This document shows positions 7,788 through 16,477 of a stretch of 64,000 bases of DNA, in pieces (position 1 is the stretch's first letter; every line of letters starts with the position of its first letter). Source of the stretch: an uncultured Clostridia bacterium (lineage in GTDB: Bacteria; Bacillota; Clostridia; Oscillospirales; Acutalibacteraceae); assembly GCA_905235625.1 (NCBI GenBank), contig CAJOLX010000001.1:38587-102586 (forward strand), in the 5' to 3' direction. The translations under genes and the position numbers were made by a program. The notes under the pieces are model-generated. The model was not told where the DNA came from. It saw nothing but the letters and a program-made list of their open reading frames with translations, and made no database searches.

Positions 7788-9251
7788 TTAAGACGGAAGT
7801 CCTGTTTCGAGCAGTTCTTCTTTTTGTTCGAGAGCCTCGTGCCTTCGCTTCAGCTCAGCTTCTATCATAAGCTTGGTATCTTTATCGTCCTTCACAAACG
7901 AGATTATTATCAGATACAGCGCCTGACCGATAACGGGGCCGAGCATGAATATCGGCCACACCCATTTGTTGTAAAGCTCGCCCTGCATATAATTCTTTTT
8001 GGAGGGGTCGTATTTGAGTGCGTTTAATATAATTCCGCTGAAGAAGAGGGTCACGGCGGAAGCAATTTTCGTGATGAAATTCTGCACGGAGAACGATATT
8101 CCTTCCGTCCTCTGACCTGTCTTGTATTCCACCTCATCGATTGAGTCGCTTGTAAGCGAGCGGTGAGCAATATCCATCATATTTGTCGGTATGTAAACTA
8201 TCGCCATGAGCGCCATAACGGCATACATCTGACCCATCGTGTTAAAGCCGATGAAGAATGAGACCGTGCGCAGCACGATATTGAGCACCTGAGCGAGCAC
8301 GAGAATTCTCTTCATGCCGCCGAGCTTTTCAGCCGCTTTTGTGGCAAAGAGCATTGCCGCCGCGCTGACCGCTCCGGTGATTATGCCGTAAACGACCTGC
8401 ATCGTGCCGCCGTCAAACGTTGCGAAGCCGAGGTTGTAGCTTTCGCGAGCTTCAAAGAAATATGCCCAGGGCAAAAGCGCCTGAGTCGCGTCTTTGCAAA
8501 ATCTTGCGAGTGAAATGAGAAGCAGTGTGCGGTTGTGCCTTAAAACGAATATTGCCTGCCAAAGGCTTTCTTTTGATTTAGGCACGTCAACGGCTTCCTT
8601 CATCCTGCCGGCGGACATTGAGATGAGCTCTCCGCCGAGGCCGAGTATCAAGCCGAAAAGAGCAAAAATCGCAACGTCGCTCATGCCGAGCGTTCCGGAG
8701 CAGAAGGATCTGTAAATCTGAAAACCGCCTGCGATCGTGGAGCCCGCTCCGGCGCCGATCGAAACCCACTGAGACACTCTGCCGCGTTCCGTGGAATGCG
8801 GCGAGGACACGGCGACCATGCCCCAAAGGGCGGTGTCCTGGAACGAATAGAAAAGGTCCCACAAAAGATATTCGGCAAAGATTATCACAACGGCTGCCAT
8901 GCCGGATGCTATGGGCAAAAACATCATGGCGCCGAGTATGCCGATAATCGGGGGAGTATAAACGAGAATGGGCCTCAGCTTTTCGCCGTTTTTAAATCTG
9001 TGCTTGTCAATCAAAGCGCCGACAAGCAGGTCGTTTACCGAATCCCACGCTCTTGATATGCTGGTAATCGTGCCCACGAGCACCGAATTTATGCCGAGAA
9101 TGCTCGTCATGTAGTAAAAGAGCCATCCGGAAATCATGCCGTAGGACATATTCTGCCCCGCAAGACCTACCGAATAAGAAAACAGCCTGCCCGTAGGAAC
9201 ATACCGTTTCGGCTCTTCGCCCGTTTTGACAGCGAGATCGCCGTCTGCCAT
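7788..9251 (-). CDS. GPH-family glycoside/cation symporter
   Basis: 487 aa; ..ISRAWDSVNDLLVGALIDKHRFKNGEKLRP.. GPH signature; RBS GGAGGG. Confidence 0.8.
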   Translation of the reverse strand: MADGDLAVKTGEEPKRYVPTGRLFSYSVGLAGQNMSYGMISGWLFYYMTSILGINSVLVGTITSISRAWDSVNDLLVGALIDKHRFKNGEKLRPILVYTPPIIGILGAMMFLPIASGMAAVVIIFAEYLLWDLFYSFQDTALWGMVAVSSPHSTERGRVSQWVSIGAGAGSTIAGGFQIYRSFCSGTLGMSDVAIFALFGLILGLGGELISMSAGRMKEAVDVPKSKESLWQAIFVLRHNRTLLLISLARFCKDATQALLPWAYFFEARESYNLGFATFDGGTMQVVYGIITGAVSAAAMLFATKAAEKLGGMKRILVLAQVLNIVLRTVSFFIGFNTMGQMYAVMALMAIVYIPTNMMDIAHRSLTSDSIDEVEYKTGQRTEGISFSVQNFITKIASAVTLFFSGIILNALKYDPSKKNYMQGELYNKWVWPIFMLGPVIGQALYLIIISFVKDDKDTKLMIEAELKRRHEALEQKEELLETGLPS

Positions 9252-9272
9252 AATTATCCCTCCGATTTCATT

Positions 9273-10736
9273 TTATTTTTCTTTTTCCTCGTTATTCAGC
9301 TCATTGCTGAGATTTGTTTGCCTAACGTATTCATAAACCGGCTCAAGCCTCTTTTTGGTGAGCGGGTATGCAAACTGATACAAAACGAAAATAAGAGTGT
9401 AGGTAACCGCGGGAATTGCGGTGCACACCTTGAGTATGCCCTCGCTCACTCCGGTTACAAAGCCTGCGTTTGCCATTGCGTCTGTGTAGCCGACAGCGGA
9501 GAGGAGCTTGAGTCCGCCGTAATCCGCGGCAGTCTGACCGAGCTTGCGGCAGAAGGTGTAAACGGCGTAAATCGCGCTCTCGCTCTTTATGTGAGTCGTA
9601 TATTCCTGATAGTCAATAACGTCCGCAACCACAGCCCAGTTTGTTATTGAAACGAACGAATAGCCAAAGCCGATAACAAAGAGAAGGGCAATGTAAATAA
9701 AGCTCTGGTCGGGCGAGGGTTTTATTAAGAAGGTGGCAACGGCGGCGGCTGCCGAGAAGAACGAGCCGAAACCGCTGAGCTCCTTTTTGCCGAATTTTTT
9801 AACGAGCTTCGGCACGAAGGGAATCATAAGCGCCATGGGCAGATATTGAGCTATCGTGCCCACGACCGACAGATTTGTGTTGCAGAAATAGTTTTTGTAG
9901 AGGTACTGATTAAGCGAAGCGAACTGAAGCTGACCGCTTATGAGTATGCCCGTAACGGCGAGCACTCTGAACGGCTTGCTTTTCAGCATGCCGAGGTAAG
10001 TGTCTTTCATGCTAACCTTCGGCGACGGGTCGGACGGCACTCTCTCTTTGGTTGTTTTGTAGCACGAAAGATAGAATATGACCGCCAGAGCCGCCATCGC
10101 AGCGGCGAAAAAGAACATCGCGGAGCCGTTTGCTTCATTATGGGTGAGTCCGTTTCCGTCGTCAACCTTCGTATATATAAGGAAAGGAGCAACAAGCAGG
10201 GGAGCGGCGCCGCCTATTCCTCCGCCGATCGTTCTGAACGTGGAAAGCAGCGTTCTGCCGTCCGGGTCGTCGGTTATGACCGAGGCGAGCGAGCCGAAGG
10301 GAACGTTCATGCCCGTGTAAAGCATGCCGAACGCTATGTAAGTGACGTAAGCGAAAGCAAGCATAACGCCCGTGCTTTGAGTAAACGCTCCTACGTTAAA
10401 GAAGCAGAGCAGCTCCGAAACGGCGAGCGGAATTGCGACCCACTTCACGTAAGGTCTGAATTTGCCGCCTGCGGAGGGCTTTCTTTTTGCCACTATCGCG
10501 CCCCACATCGGGTCGTTTACGGCGTCCCAAAGCCTTGTGAAAAGGAAAAGGTTTGCCACTTTGCCCGCGTTGATTTTAAGCACGTCGGTATAAAATACCT
10601 TGAGAAATGAAGAAACGTAAGTGAGCACAAAGAGGTTGCCGGCGTCGCCGAGCATGTAGCCTATTCCTTCCTTAATGCCTATTTTGTTTGGATTTGCCGA
10701 TTCGGGAAGCGTTCTTGCTTCTTTTTCATTTGACAC
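9273..10736 (-). CDS. GPH-family glycoside/cation symporter (MelB/YicJ-like)
   Basis: 487 aa; ..FTRLWDAVNDPMWGAIVAKRKPSAGGKFRPY.. GPH signature; GTG start 9 nt after AGGAG. Confidence 0.8.
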   Translation of the reverse strand: MSNEKEARTLPESANPNKIGIKEGIGYMLGDAGNLFVLTYVSSFLKVFYTDVLKINAGKVANLFLFTRLWDAVNDPMWGAIVAKRKPSAGGKFRPYVKWVAIPLAVSELLCFFNVGAFTQSTGVMLAFAYVTYIAFGMLYTGMNVPFGSLASVITDDPDGRTLLSTFRTIGGGIGGAAPLLVAPFLIYTKVDDGNGLTHNEANGSAMFFFAAAMAALAVIFYLSCYKTTKERVPSDPSPKVSMKDTYLGMLKSKPFRVLAVTGILISGQLQFASLNQYLYKNYFCNTNLSVVGTIAQYLPMALMIPFVPKLVKKFGKKELSGFGSFFSAAAAVATFLIKPSPDQSFIYIALLFVIGFGYSFVSITNWAVVADVIDYQEYTTHIKSESAIYAVYTFCRKLGQTAADYGGLKLLSAVGYTDAMANAGFVTGVSEGILKVCTAIPAVTYTLIFVLYQFAYPLTKKRLEPVYEYVRQTNLSNELNNEEKEK

Positions 10737-10816
10737 AGAGTATCACTCCTAACGCAAGAATTATAACATAAGGAAAATAATATTTCAAACATTATAAAAT
10801 TTTTATGCGTAAGATG

Positions 10817-10845
10817 TTGACATACACTATATGTTGTGGTATCAT
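10817..10845 (+). promoter_or_regulatory. nrdG promoter with an embedded NrdR box
   Basis: TTGACA (10817-10822), 17 nt, TATCAT (10840-10845). The spacer contains ACACTATATGTTGTGG (10824-10839), 14/16 to the NrdR consensus acaCwAtATaTwGtgt. A weak second box at 10856-10871 sits 32 bp away centre to centre. Confidence 0.7.
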
Positions 10846-10883
10846 AAATCGGCAACAACAAATTATTGTATTGAGGCGTTTAT

Positions 10884-11576
10884 ATGAACATTCAGGGTCT
10901 ACAAAAGCTGACTCTTTTGGATTTTCCCGGCAAAATGGCATGCACGGTGTTCACCGCAGGGTGCAATCTGCGCTGCCCGTTTTGCCACAATTCACCTCTG
11001 GTGATAAACCCTCCGAAAGAGAGCGCTTATTCCGTTGAGGATATAATTGATTTTATCGAAAGCAGGCGCGGCAGGCTTGACGGCGTTGCGATAACGGGCG
11101 GCGAGCCGCTCATGCAGCCGGATATCGAAGATTTTATCGCCGAGATAAAGGGCAGAGGCTTTGCCGTGAAGCTCGACACAAACGGAACCTATCCCGACAA
11201 GCTCAAAAGTCTGGTTGAAAAAGGGCTTCTCGATTACGTCGCAATGGACGTGAAATCCGGCGAAAAAGGCTATCCGCAGTGCGTCGGAATAGGCAATTAC
11301 GATTTGACGAAGGTAAACGAGAGCATAGATTACCTTATGCAGGGCAAGGTCGATTACGAATTCAGAACCACCGTCGCAAAAGGTCTTCACACCCCCGAGG
11401 ATATTGAGCAGCTCGGTCAGAGGCTCAAGGGAGCCCGCCGCCACTATCTGCAGGCTTTCAAGGATTCGGGCGAGCTCATAGGCTTCGGCATGGAAGCGTT
11501 TTCCAAAGAAGAAATGTATGAGCTGCTCAATATAATGAAAAAATACGTGCCCGAGTGCGGCGTGAGGGGAGTATAA
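10884..11576 (+). CDS. nrdG: anaerobic ribonucleoside-triphosphate reductase activating protein (radical SAM)
   Basis: 230 aa; CNLRCPFCHN CxxxCxxC cluster motif near the N-terminus; adjacent to nrdD. Confidence 0.9.
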   Translation: MNIQGLQKLTLLDFPGKMACTVFTAGCNLRCPFCHNSPLVINPPKESAYSVEDIIDFIESRRGRLDGVAITGGEPLMQPDIEDFIAEIKGRGFAVKLDTNGTYPDKLKSLVEKGLLDYVAMDVKSGEKGYPQCVGIGNYDLTKVNESIDYLMQGKVDYEFRTTVAKGLHTPEDIEQLGQRLKGARRHYLQAFKDSGELIGFGMEAFSKEEMYELLNIMKKYVPECGVRGV

Positions 11577-11585
11577 TTCCTTCAA

Positions 11586-11601
11586 TCACCACATATTGTG
11601 C
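11586..11601 (+). promoter_or_regulatory. NrdR box (distal) upstream of nrdD
   Basis: TCACCACATATTGTGC, about 12/16 to the NrdR consensus. Confidence 0.5.
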
Positions 11602-11636
11602 CTAAAAGGGCAAATTTCAAGAAATTTGATAAAAAA

Positions 11637-11688
11637 TCACAATATCTTGTGATTTGCTATTGACAGTGCCACCACATTTTGATATTAT
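11637..11688 (+). promoter_or_regulatory. nrdD promoter region with NrdR boxes
   Basis: TCACAATATCTTGTGA (11637-11652, 13/16). TTGACA (11660-11665), 17 nt, TATTAT (11683-11688). A weak box CCACCACATTTTGATA (11669-11684) sits 32 bp from the strong box, inside the promoter spacer. Confidence 0.65.
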
Positions 11689-11724
11689 TAATAAGCTGTA
11701 TTAAATGAAAGGAATGAGAACCGC

Positions 11725-14100
11725 ATGTATCAAGTAAAAAAGAGAGACGGAAGCATAGCCGAATTTAACGTTTCCAAAATTTCACAGGCCATCACCAAGG
11801 CTTTTGACGCTCAGGAAAAGCAGTACGTTCCCTCCACCATTGACTTTCTCGCTCTCAAAGTAACCGCAGATTTCGAGCCCAAAATCAAAGACGGATATAT
11901 TTCCGTTGAGGATATTCAGGACAGTGTTGAGGAAGTGCTCAGCCAGGCGGGCTACGCCGACGTCGCAAAGTGCTACATCCTTTACAGACGCCAGAGAGAG
12001 AAGCTGCGCAATCTTAAATCCACCATTCTCGACTATAAAGAGCTCGTTAACAGCTACGTTAACGTTACCGACTGGAGAGTTAAAGAAAACTCCACGGTCA
12101 CTTATTCCGTCGGCGGTCTTATTCTTTCAAACTCCGGCGCAATTACCGCTAACTACTGGCTCAGCGAGATTTATGACGATGAGATAGCAAACGCTCATAA
12201 AAACGCCGATATCCACCTGCACGACCTTTCAATGCTCACCGGCTACTGCGCCGGCTGGTCGCTCAAGCAGCTTATCCAGGAAGGCCTCGGCGGAGTTACG
12301 GGCAAAATCACTTCCGCTCCGGCGAAGCATCTTGCCACTCTCTGCAACCAGATGGTCAACTTCCTCGGCATTATGCAAAATGAGTGGGCGGGCGCTCAGG
12401 CGTTTTCATCCTTCGACACCTATCTTGCTCCTTTCGTAAAGTCCGACAATCTCAACTACGACGAGGTTAAAAAGTGCATCGAGTCCTTTATTTACGGCGT
12501 AAACACTCCGTCAAGATGGGGCACTCAGGCTCCGTTCTCAAACATCACCCTTGACTGGACCGTTCCCGCCGACCTTGCCGAGCAGAACTGCATAGTGGGC
12601 GGCAAGGAAATGCCCTTTAAATATAAGGACTGCAAAAAAGAGATGGATATGATAAACAAGGCGTTTATCGAGATTATGATTGAAGGCGACGCCAACGGCA
12701 GAGGCTTCCAGTATCCCATCCCCACATACTCAATCACCAAGGATTTTGACTGGTCCGAAACGGAAAACAACCGTTTGCTGTTTGAAATGACCTCAAAATA
12801 CGGCACTCCCTACTTCTCAAACTACGTTAACAGCGATATGGAGCCCAGCGACATTCGTTCAATGTGCTGCCGCCTTCGTCTTGACCTGAGAGAGCTGCGC
12901 AAAAAGAGCGGCGGCTTCTTCGGCTCCGGCGAAAGCACCGGCTCCGTGGGCGTTGTTACGATAAATATGCCCAGAATAGCTTATCTTGCCGAGGACGAGG
13001 CGGATTTCTACAAGAGACTCGACAAGATGATGGATATTTCCGCGCGTTCTCTTTCGGTTAAGAGAAAGATAATCACCAAGCTCCTTGACGAAGGTCTTTA
13101 TCCCTACACGAAGCGTTATCTCGGCACGTTTGAAAATCACTTCTCAACCATCGGCCTTGTCGGCATGAACGAAGTGGGTCTCAACGCGAAGTGGATCAGA
13201 GCCGATATGACGAGCAAGAAGTGCCAGGATTTCACCAAGGACGTGCTCAACCACATGAGAGAGCGTCTGAGCGACTATCAGGAGCAGTACGGCGACCTTT
13301 ACAACCTTGAGGCAACTCCCGCGGAGTCCTCCTCTTACAGGCTCGCGAAGCACGACGTGAAGAGGTATCCCGGCATAATCACCGCCTCCAAAGAGACTCC
13401 CTACTACACCAATTCCTCTCATCTGCCCGTCGGCTACACCGACGACGTTTTCTCGGCGCTCGACATTCAGGATGAGCTTCAAACTCTTTATACCTCCGGC
13501 ACCGTCTTCCACGCCTTCCTCGGCGAGAAGCTCCCCGATTGGAGAGCCGCAGCCGACCTCGTCAGAAAGATTGCCGAGAATTATCGCCTGCCTTACTACA
13601 CTCTTTCTCCCACTTATTCCGTTTGCCGCAATCACGGCTACATCCAGGGTGAGGAATACGTTTGCCCCGACTGCCACGAAGCGACAGAGGTTTATTCGAG
13701 AATAACCGGTTACTACCGTCCCGTTCAAAACTGGAACGAAGGCAAAACGCAGGAATACAAAGACCGCAAGGTTTATGACATCGCTCATTCCGAGCTTCAC
13801 GCTCACGCGCCCTCCTGCGGCTGCTGCTGCGAGGACCACACCGCGAACGCCGCCGTTCTGCCCGACGGAGCTTACCTCTTCAAAACTCCCACTTGCCCCA
13901 AGTGCAAGGTAGCCATACCCAAGCTCAGGGAAGCGGGAATAGAATTCAACGAGATCAACGCTTATGAAAACGAGGCTCTCGCAATAGCTCTCAACATAAG
14001 AACCGCTCCCACGCTTGTAATTGTGGACGACGGCAATATCGAGATTTATTCCGACCTCGCCGCCATTCTCGAATTCATCGAAACCGTAAAGAAGGCATAA
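11725..14100 (+). CDS. nrdD: anaerobic (class III) ribonucleoside-triphosphate reductase with N-terminal ATP-cone and an extra C-terminal CxxC redoxin-like domain
   Basis: 791 aa; ATP-cone start MYQVKKRDGSIAEFNVSKI; ..SMCCRLRLD..GSVGVVTINMPRIAY..; Zn site CPDC; glycyl-radical motif SRITGYYRPV (13699-13725); then about 105 extra aa with CGCCC and TCPKC (13894-13905). Confidence 0.92.
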   Translation: MYQVKKRDGSIAEFNVSKISQAITKAFDAQEKQYVPSTIDFLALKVTADFEPKIKDGYISVEDIQDSVEEVLSQAGYADVAKCYILYRRQREKLRNLKSTILDYKELVNSYVNVTDWRVKENSTVTYSVGGLILSNSGAITANYWLSEIYDDEIANAHKNADIHLHDLSMLTGYCAGWSLKQLIQEGLGGVTGKITSAPAKHLATLCNQMVNFLGIMQNEWAGAQAFSSFDTYLAPFVKSDNLNYDEVKKCIESFIYGVNTPSRWGTQAPFSNITLDWTVPADLAEQNCIVGGKEMPFKYKDCKKEMDMINKAFIEIMIEGDANGRGFQYPIPTYSITKDFDWSETENNRLLFEMTSKYGTPYFSNYVNSDMEPSDIRSMCCRLRLDLRELRKKSGGFFGSGESTGSVGVVTINMPRIAYLAEDEADFYKRLDKMMDISARSLSVKRKIITKLLDEGLYPYTKRYLGTFENHFSTIGLVGMNEVGLNAKWIRADMTSKKCQDFTKDVLNHMRERLSDYQEQYGDLYNLEATPAESSSYRLAKHDVKRYPGIITASKETPYYTNSSHLPVGYTDDVFSALDIQDELQTLYTSGTVFHAFLGEKLPDWRAAADLVRKIAENYRLPYYTLSPTYSVCRNHGYIQGEEYVCPDCHEATEVYSRITGYYRPVQNWNEGKTQEYKDRKVYDIAHSELHAHAPSCGCCCEDHTANAAVLPDGAYLFKTPTCPKCKVAIPKLREAGIEFNEINAYENEALAIALNIRTAPTLVIVDDGNIEIYSDLAAILEFIETVKKA

Positions 14101-14101
14101 A

Positions 14102-15004
14102 ATGTACGACATTATAATCGTGGGCTCGGGCCCCGCAGGGCTTACCGCGGCGCTTTATGCCCGCAGAGCCGATAAATCCGTGCTCGTGCTTGAGCAAAGC
14201 ACTCTGGGCGGTCAGGTCACCTTTTCTCCCCGCATCGAAAACTACCCCGGCTTTGTTTCAATGAGCGGCAATGAATTCATTGACAAGCTCGTAGACCAGG
14301 TTATCGAGCAGGGAGCGGATATAGACCTTAAAAAGGTTATCGGCATAAGGGATAACGGCGAAACCAAAACCGTTATCACCGAAAAGGGCGAGCTTGAAGC
14401 AAAGGCTGTCATAATTGCCACCGGCGTTAAGCACAGGCAGACGGGTCTTGAGCGTGAAAACGAGCTTGTAGGCCACGGCATTTCATACTGCGCCGTTTGC
14501 GACGGAGCTTTTTATAAGGGCAGAAAGGTTGCCGTGCTCGGCGGAGGCAACTCCGCTTTGCAGGAGGCCGTTTTGCTCAGCGACCTTGCGCAGGAAGTTT
14601 ACGTGCTTCAGGACCTTGATTTTCTCACGGGCGAGGCAAAGCTTGTTGAGAGCATATCCGAAAAAGCAAACGTTAAGGTTGTCACCGGCTGCAGGCTCAC
14701 GGGCCTTATCGGCGAAAACGCTCTCGAAGGCATAGAAATTGAGCGCGTTTCATCGGGCGAAAAGCAGAATATTGCCGTTGACGGTCTCTTCGTTGCCATC
14801 GGCCTTATTCCGGATAACGACAGCTTCAAAGCCGTTGCGGCGCTTGACGAATTCGGATATTTTGACAGCGACGAGAGCTGCCTTACCGACACTCCGGGCG
14901 TGTTTGTCGCAGGCGACTGCCGCAGCAAAAAAATAAGGCAGATAACTACAGCCTCGGCGGACGGAGCCGTAGCAGCCCTTGCGGCGTGCCGGTATACGGA
15001 TTGA
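14102..15004 (+). CDS. thioredoxin-disulfide reductase homologue (low-Mr TrxR fold) lacking the NADPH HRRxxxR motif
   Basis: 300 aa; GSGPAGLTAA FAD motif, redox CAVC (14489-14500), GGGNSALQEA; reads VLQDLDFLTGE where TrxB has IHRRDxFRA; starts 1 nt after the nrdD stop. Confidence 0.85.
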   Translation: MYDIIIVGSGPAGLTAALYARRADKSVLVLEQSTLGGQVTFSPRIENYPGFVSMSGNEFIDKLVDQVIEQGADIDLKKVIGIRDNGETKTVITEKGELEAKAVIIATGVKHRQTGLERENELVGHGISYCAVCDGAFYKGRKVAVLGGGNSALQEAVLLSDLAQEVYVLQDLDFLTGEAKLVESISEKANVKVVTGCRLTGLIGENALEGIEIERVSSGEKQNIAVDGLFVAIGLIPDNDSFKAVAALDEFGYFDSDESCLTDTPGVFVAGDCRSKKIRQITTASADGAVAALAACRYTD

Positions 15005-15009
15005 TTTTC

Positions 15010-15055
15010 AGCGGAAGCTGCGGATATTTTGATTTCCCGGCTTCCGCTTATTTTG
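15010..15055 (+). terminator. rho-independent terminator
   Basis: agcggaagc / gcttccgct stem followed by tatttt. Confidence 0.6.
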
Positions 15056-15079
15056 CATTAAACTAAAAGAAGTGATGAT

Positions 15080-16477
15080 ATGAATTATTACGTGGGCATT
15101 GACCTCGGCACATCGGCGGTCAAGCTGATTCTCGCGGATGAAAACGGCAAAACGGTAAATTCCGTTTCAAAGGAATATCCCATTTTTTTCCCTCAGCCCG
15201 GTTACAGCGAGCAAAACCCCGAGGATTGGTGGAGCGCCGTTTCGGAGGGGCTCGAAGAATTAACTTCGGGCGTTGACAAATCCCTCGTTAAGGGCGTAGG
15301 CTGCGCGGGCCAGATGCACGGGCTCGTGATGCTGGACGAAAATATGAACGTATTAAGACCCGCGCTTTTGTGGAATGACGTGAGAGCGGGCAAACAGACC
15401 GATTATCTCAATAAAGTCATATCGGAAGAAAGGCTTCGCGAATATACGGGCAATATTGCTTTTGCCGGTTTTACCGCACCGAAGCTCATGTGGGTCAAGG
15501 AAAACGAGCCCGAACTTTTTGGAAAATGCCGCAAAATATGCCTTCCGAAGGACTATATAAACTATAAGCTCACCGGGAACCTCGCAACGGACGTCAGCGA
15601 CGCTTCGGGCACGCTTTATTTTGACGTTGAAAACAGGCGCTGGTCAAAAGAAATGCTTGATATTCTCGGCATTGACGAAAGCTATTTGCCGGCGGTTTAC
15701 GAAAGCGCCGAAACGATAGGCGAAACGAACGCTGCGGGATTATCGGCAAAAGTGATTGCCGGCGCGGGCGACAACGCAGGCGCCGCGGCGGGCACGAACA
15801 CTCTCACTCCCGGCAGGTGCAACATTTCTCTCGGCACGAGCGGCACGGTTTTCATCCCGTCCGATAAATTTATTCTGCCCCAAAATTCCGCGCTTCATTC
15901 TTTTTGCCACGTAAACGGCAAATATCACTTAATGGGCTGTATTCTTTCGGCGGCAAGCTGCAACAAGTGGCTTAACGAAACCGTGTTTGACAGCGGATAC
16001 GACGTTTCAGTTTCTGCTCCGAAAAAAGAAGACACTCTGTATTTTATGCCCTATATGTCGGGCGAAAGATGCCCGCATAACGACACCTCAGTTAAAGGCG
16101 CTTTTATAGGGCTCACTCACGCGACCTCACGCTCCGATATGCAGAGGGCGGTGTTTGAGGGCGTGTCTTTCGCAATTAAAGACTGCATTGAGCTTTATCC
16201 CGATAAAATTGATTTTGCCACCGTTTGCGGCGGAGGCACAAAGAGCAGGGAATGGATGCAGATTTTAGCCGACGTGCTCGGCATTGAGCTCGGAATAATC
16301 GACAATGAGGGCCCGTCTTACGGAGCGGCTCTGCTCGCCGCGGGCGTTGCAATAGAGCCGGGCATCAAATATACCGTTAAACCGAATTTGAATTTTTCGG
16401 AAATTTATGATATAAAATACAGTAAGTTCAAACAGCTTTATCCCATAATGCAAGATTTTTACAAGGAGTGTTTATGA
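15080..16477 (+). CDS. xylB: FGGY-family carbohydrate kinase, xylulokinase-like
   Basis: 465 aa; YVGIDLGTSAVK.., ..GQMHGLVMLDENMNVLRPALLWNDVR.. typical of XylB-type kinases; the substrate is not certain. Confidence 0.75.
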   Translation: MNYYVGIDLGTSAVKLILADENGKTVNSVSKEYPIFFPQPGYSEQNPEDWWSAVSEGLEELTSGVDKSLVKGVGCAGQMHGLVMLDENMNVLRPALLWNDVRAGKQTDYLNKVISEERLREYTGNIAFAGFTAPKLMWVKENEPELFGKCRKICLPKDYINYKLTGNLATDVSDASGTLYFDVENRRWSKEMLDILGIDESYLPAVYESAETIGETNAAGLSAKVIAGAGDNAGAAAGTNTLTPGRCNISLGTSGTVFIPSDKFILPQNSALHSFCHVNGKYHLMGCILSAASCNKWLNETVFDSGYDVSVSAPKKEDTLYFMPYMSGERCPHNDTSVKGAFIGLTHATSRSDMQRAVFEGVSFAIKDCIELYPDKIDFATVCGGGTKSREWMQILADVLGIELGIIDNEGPSYGAALLAAGVAIEPGIKYTVKPNLNFSEIYDIKYSKFKQLYPIMQDFYKECL

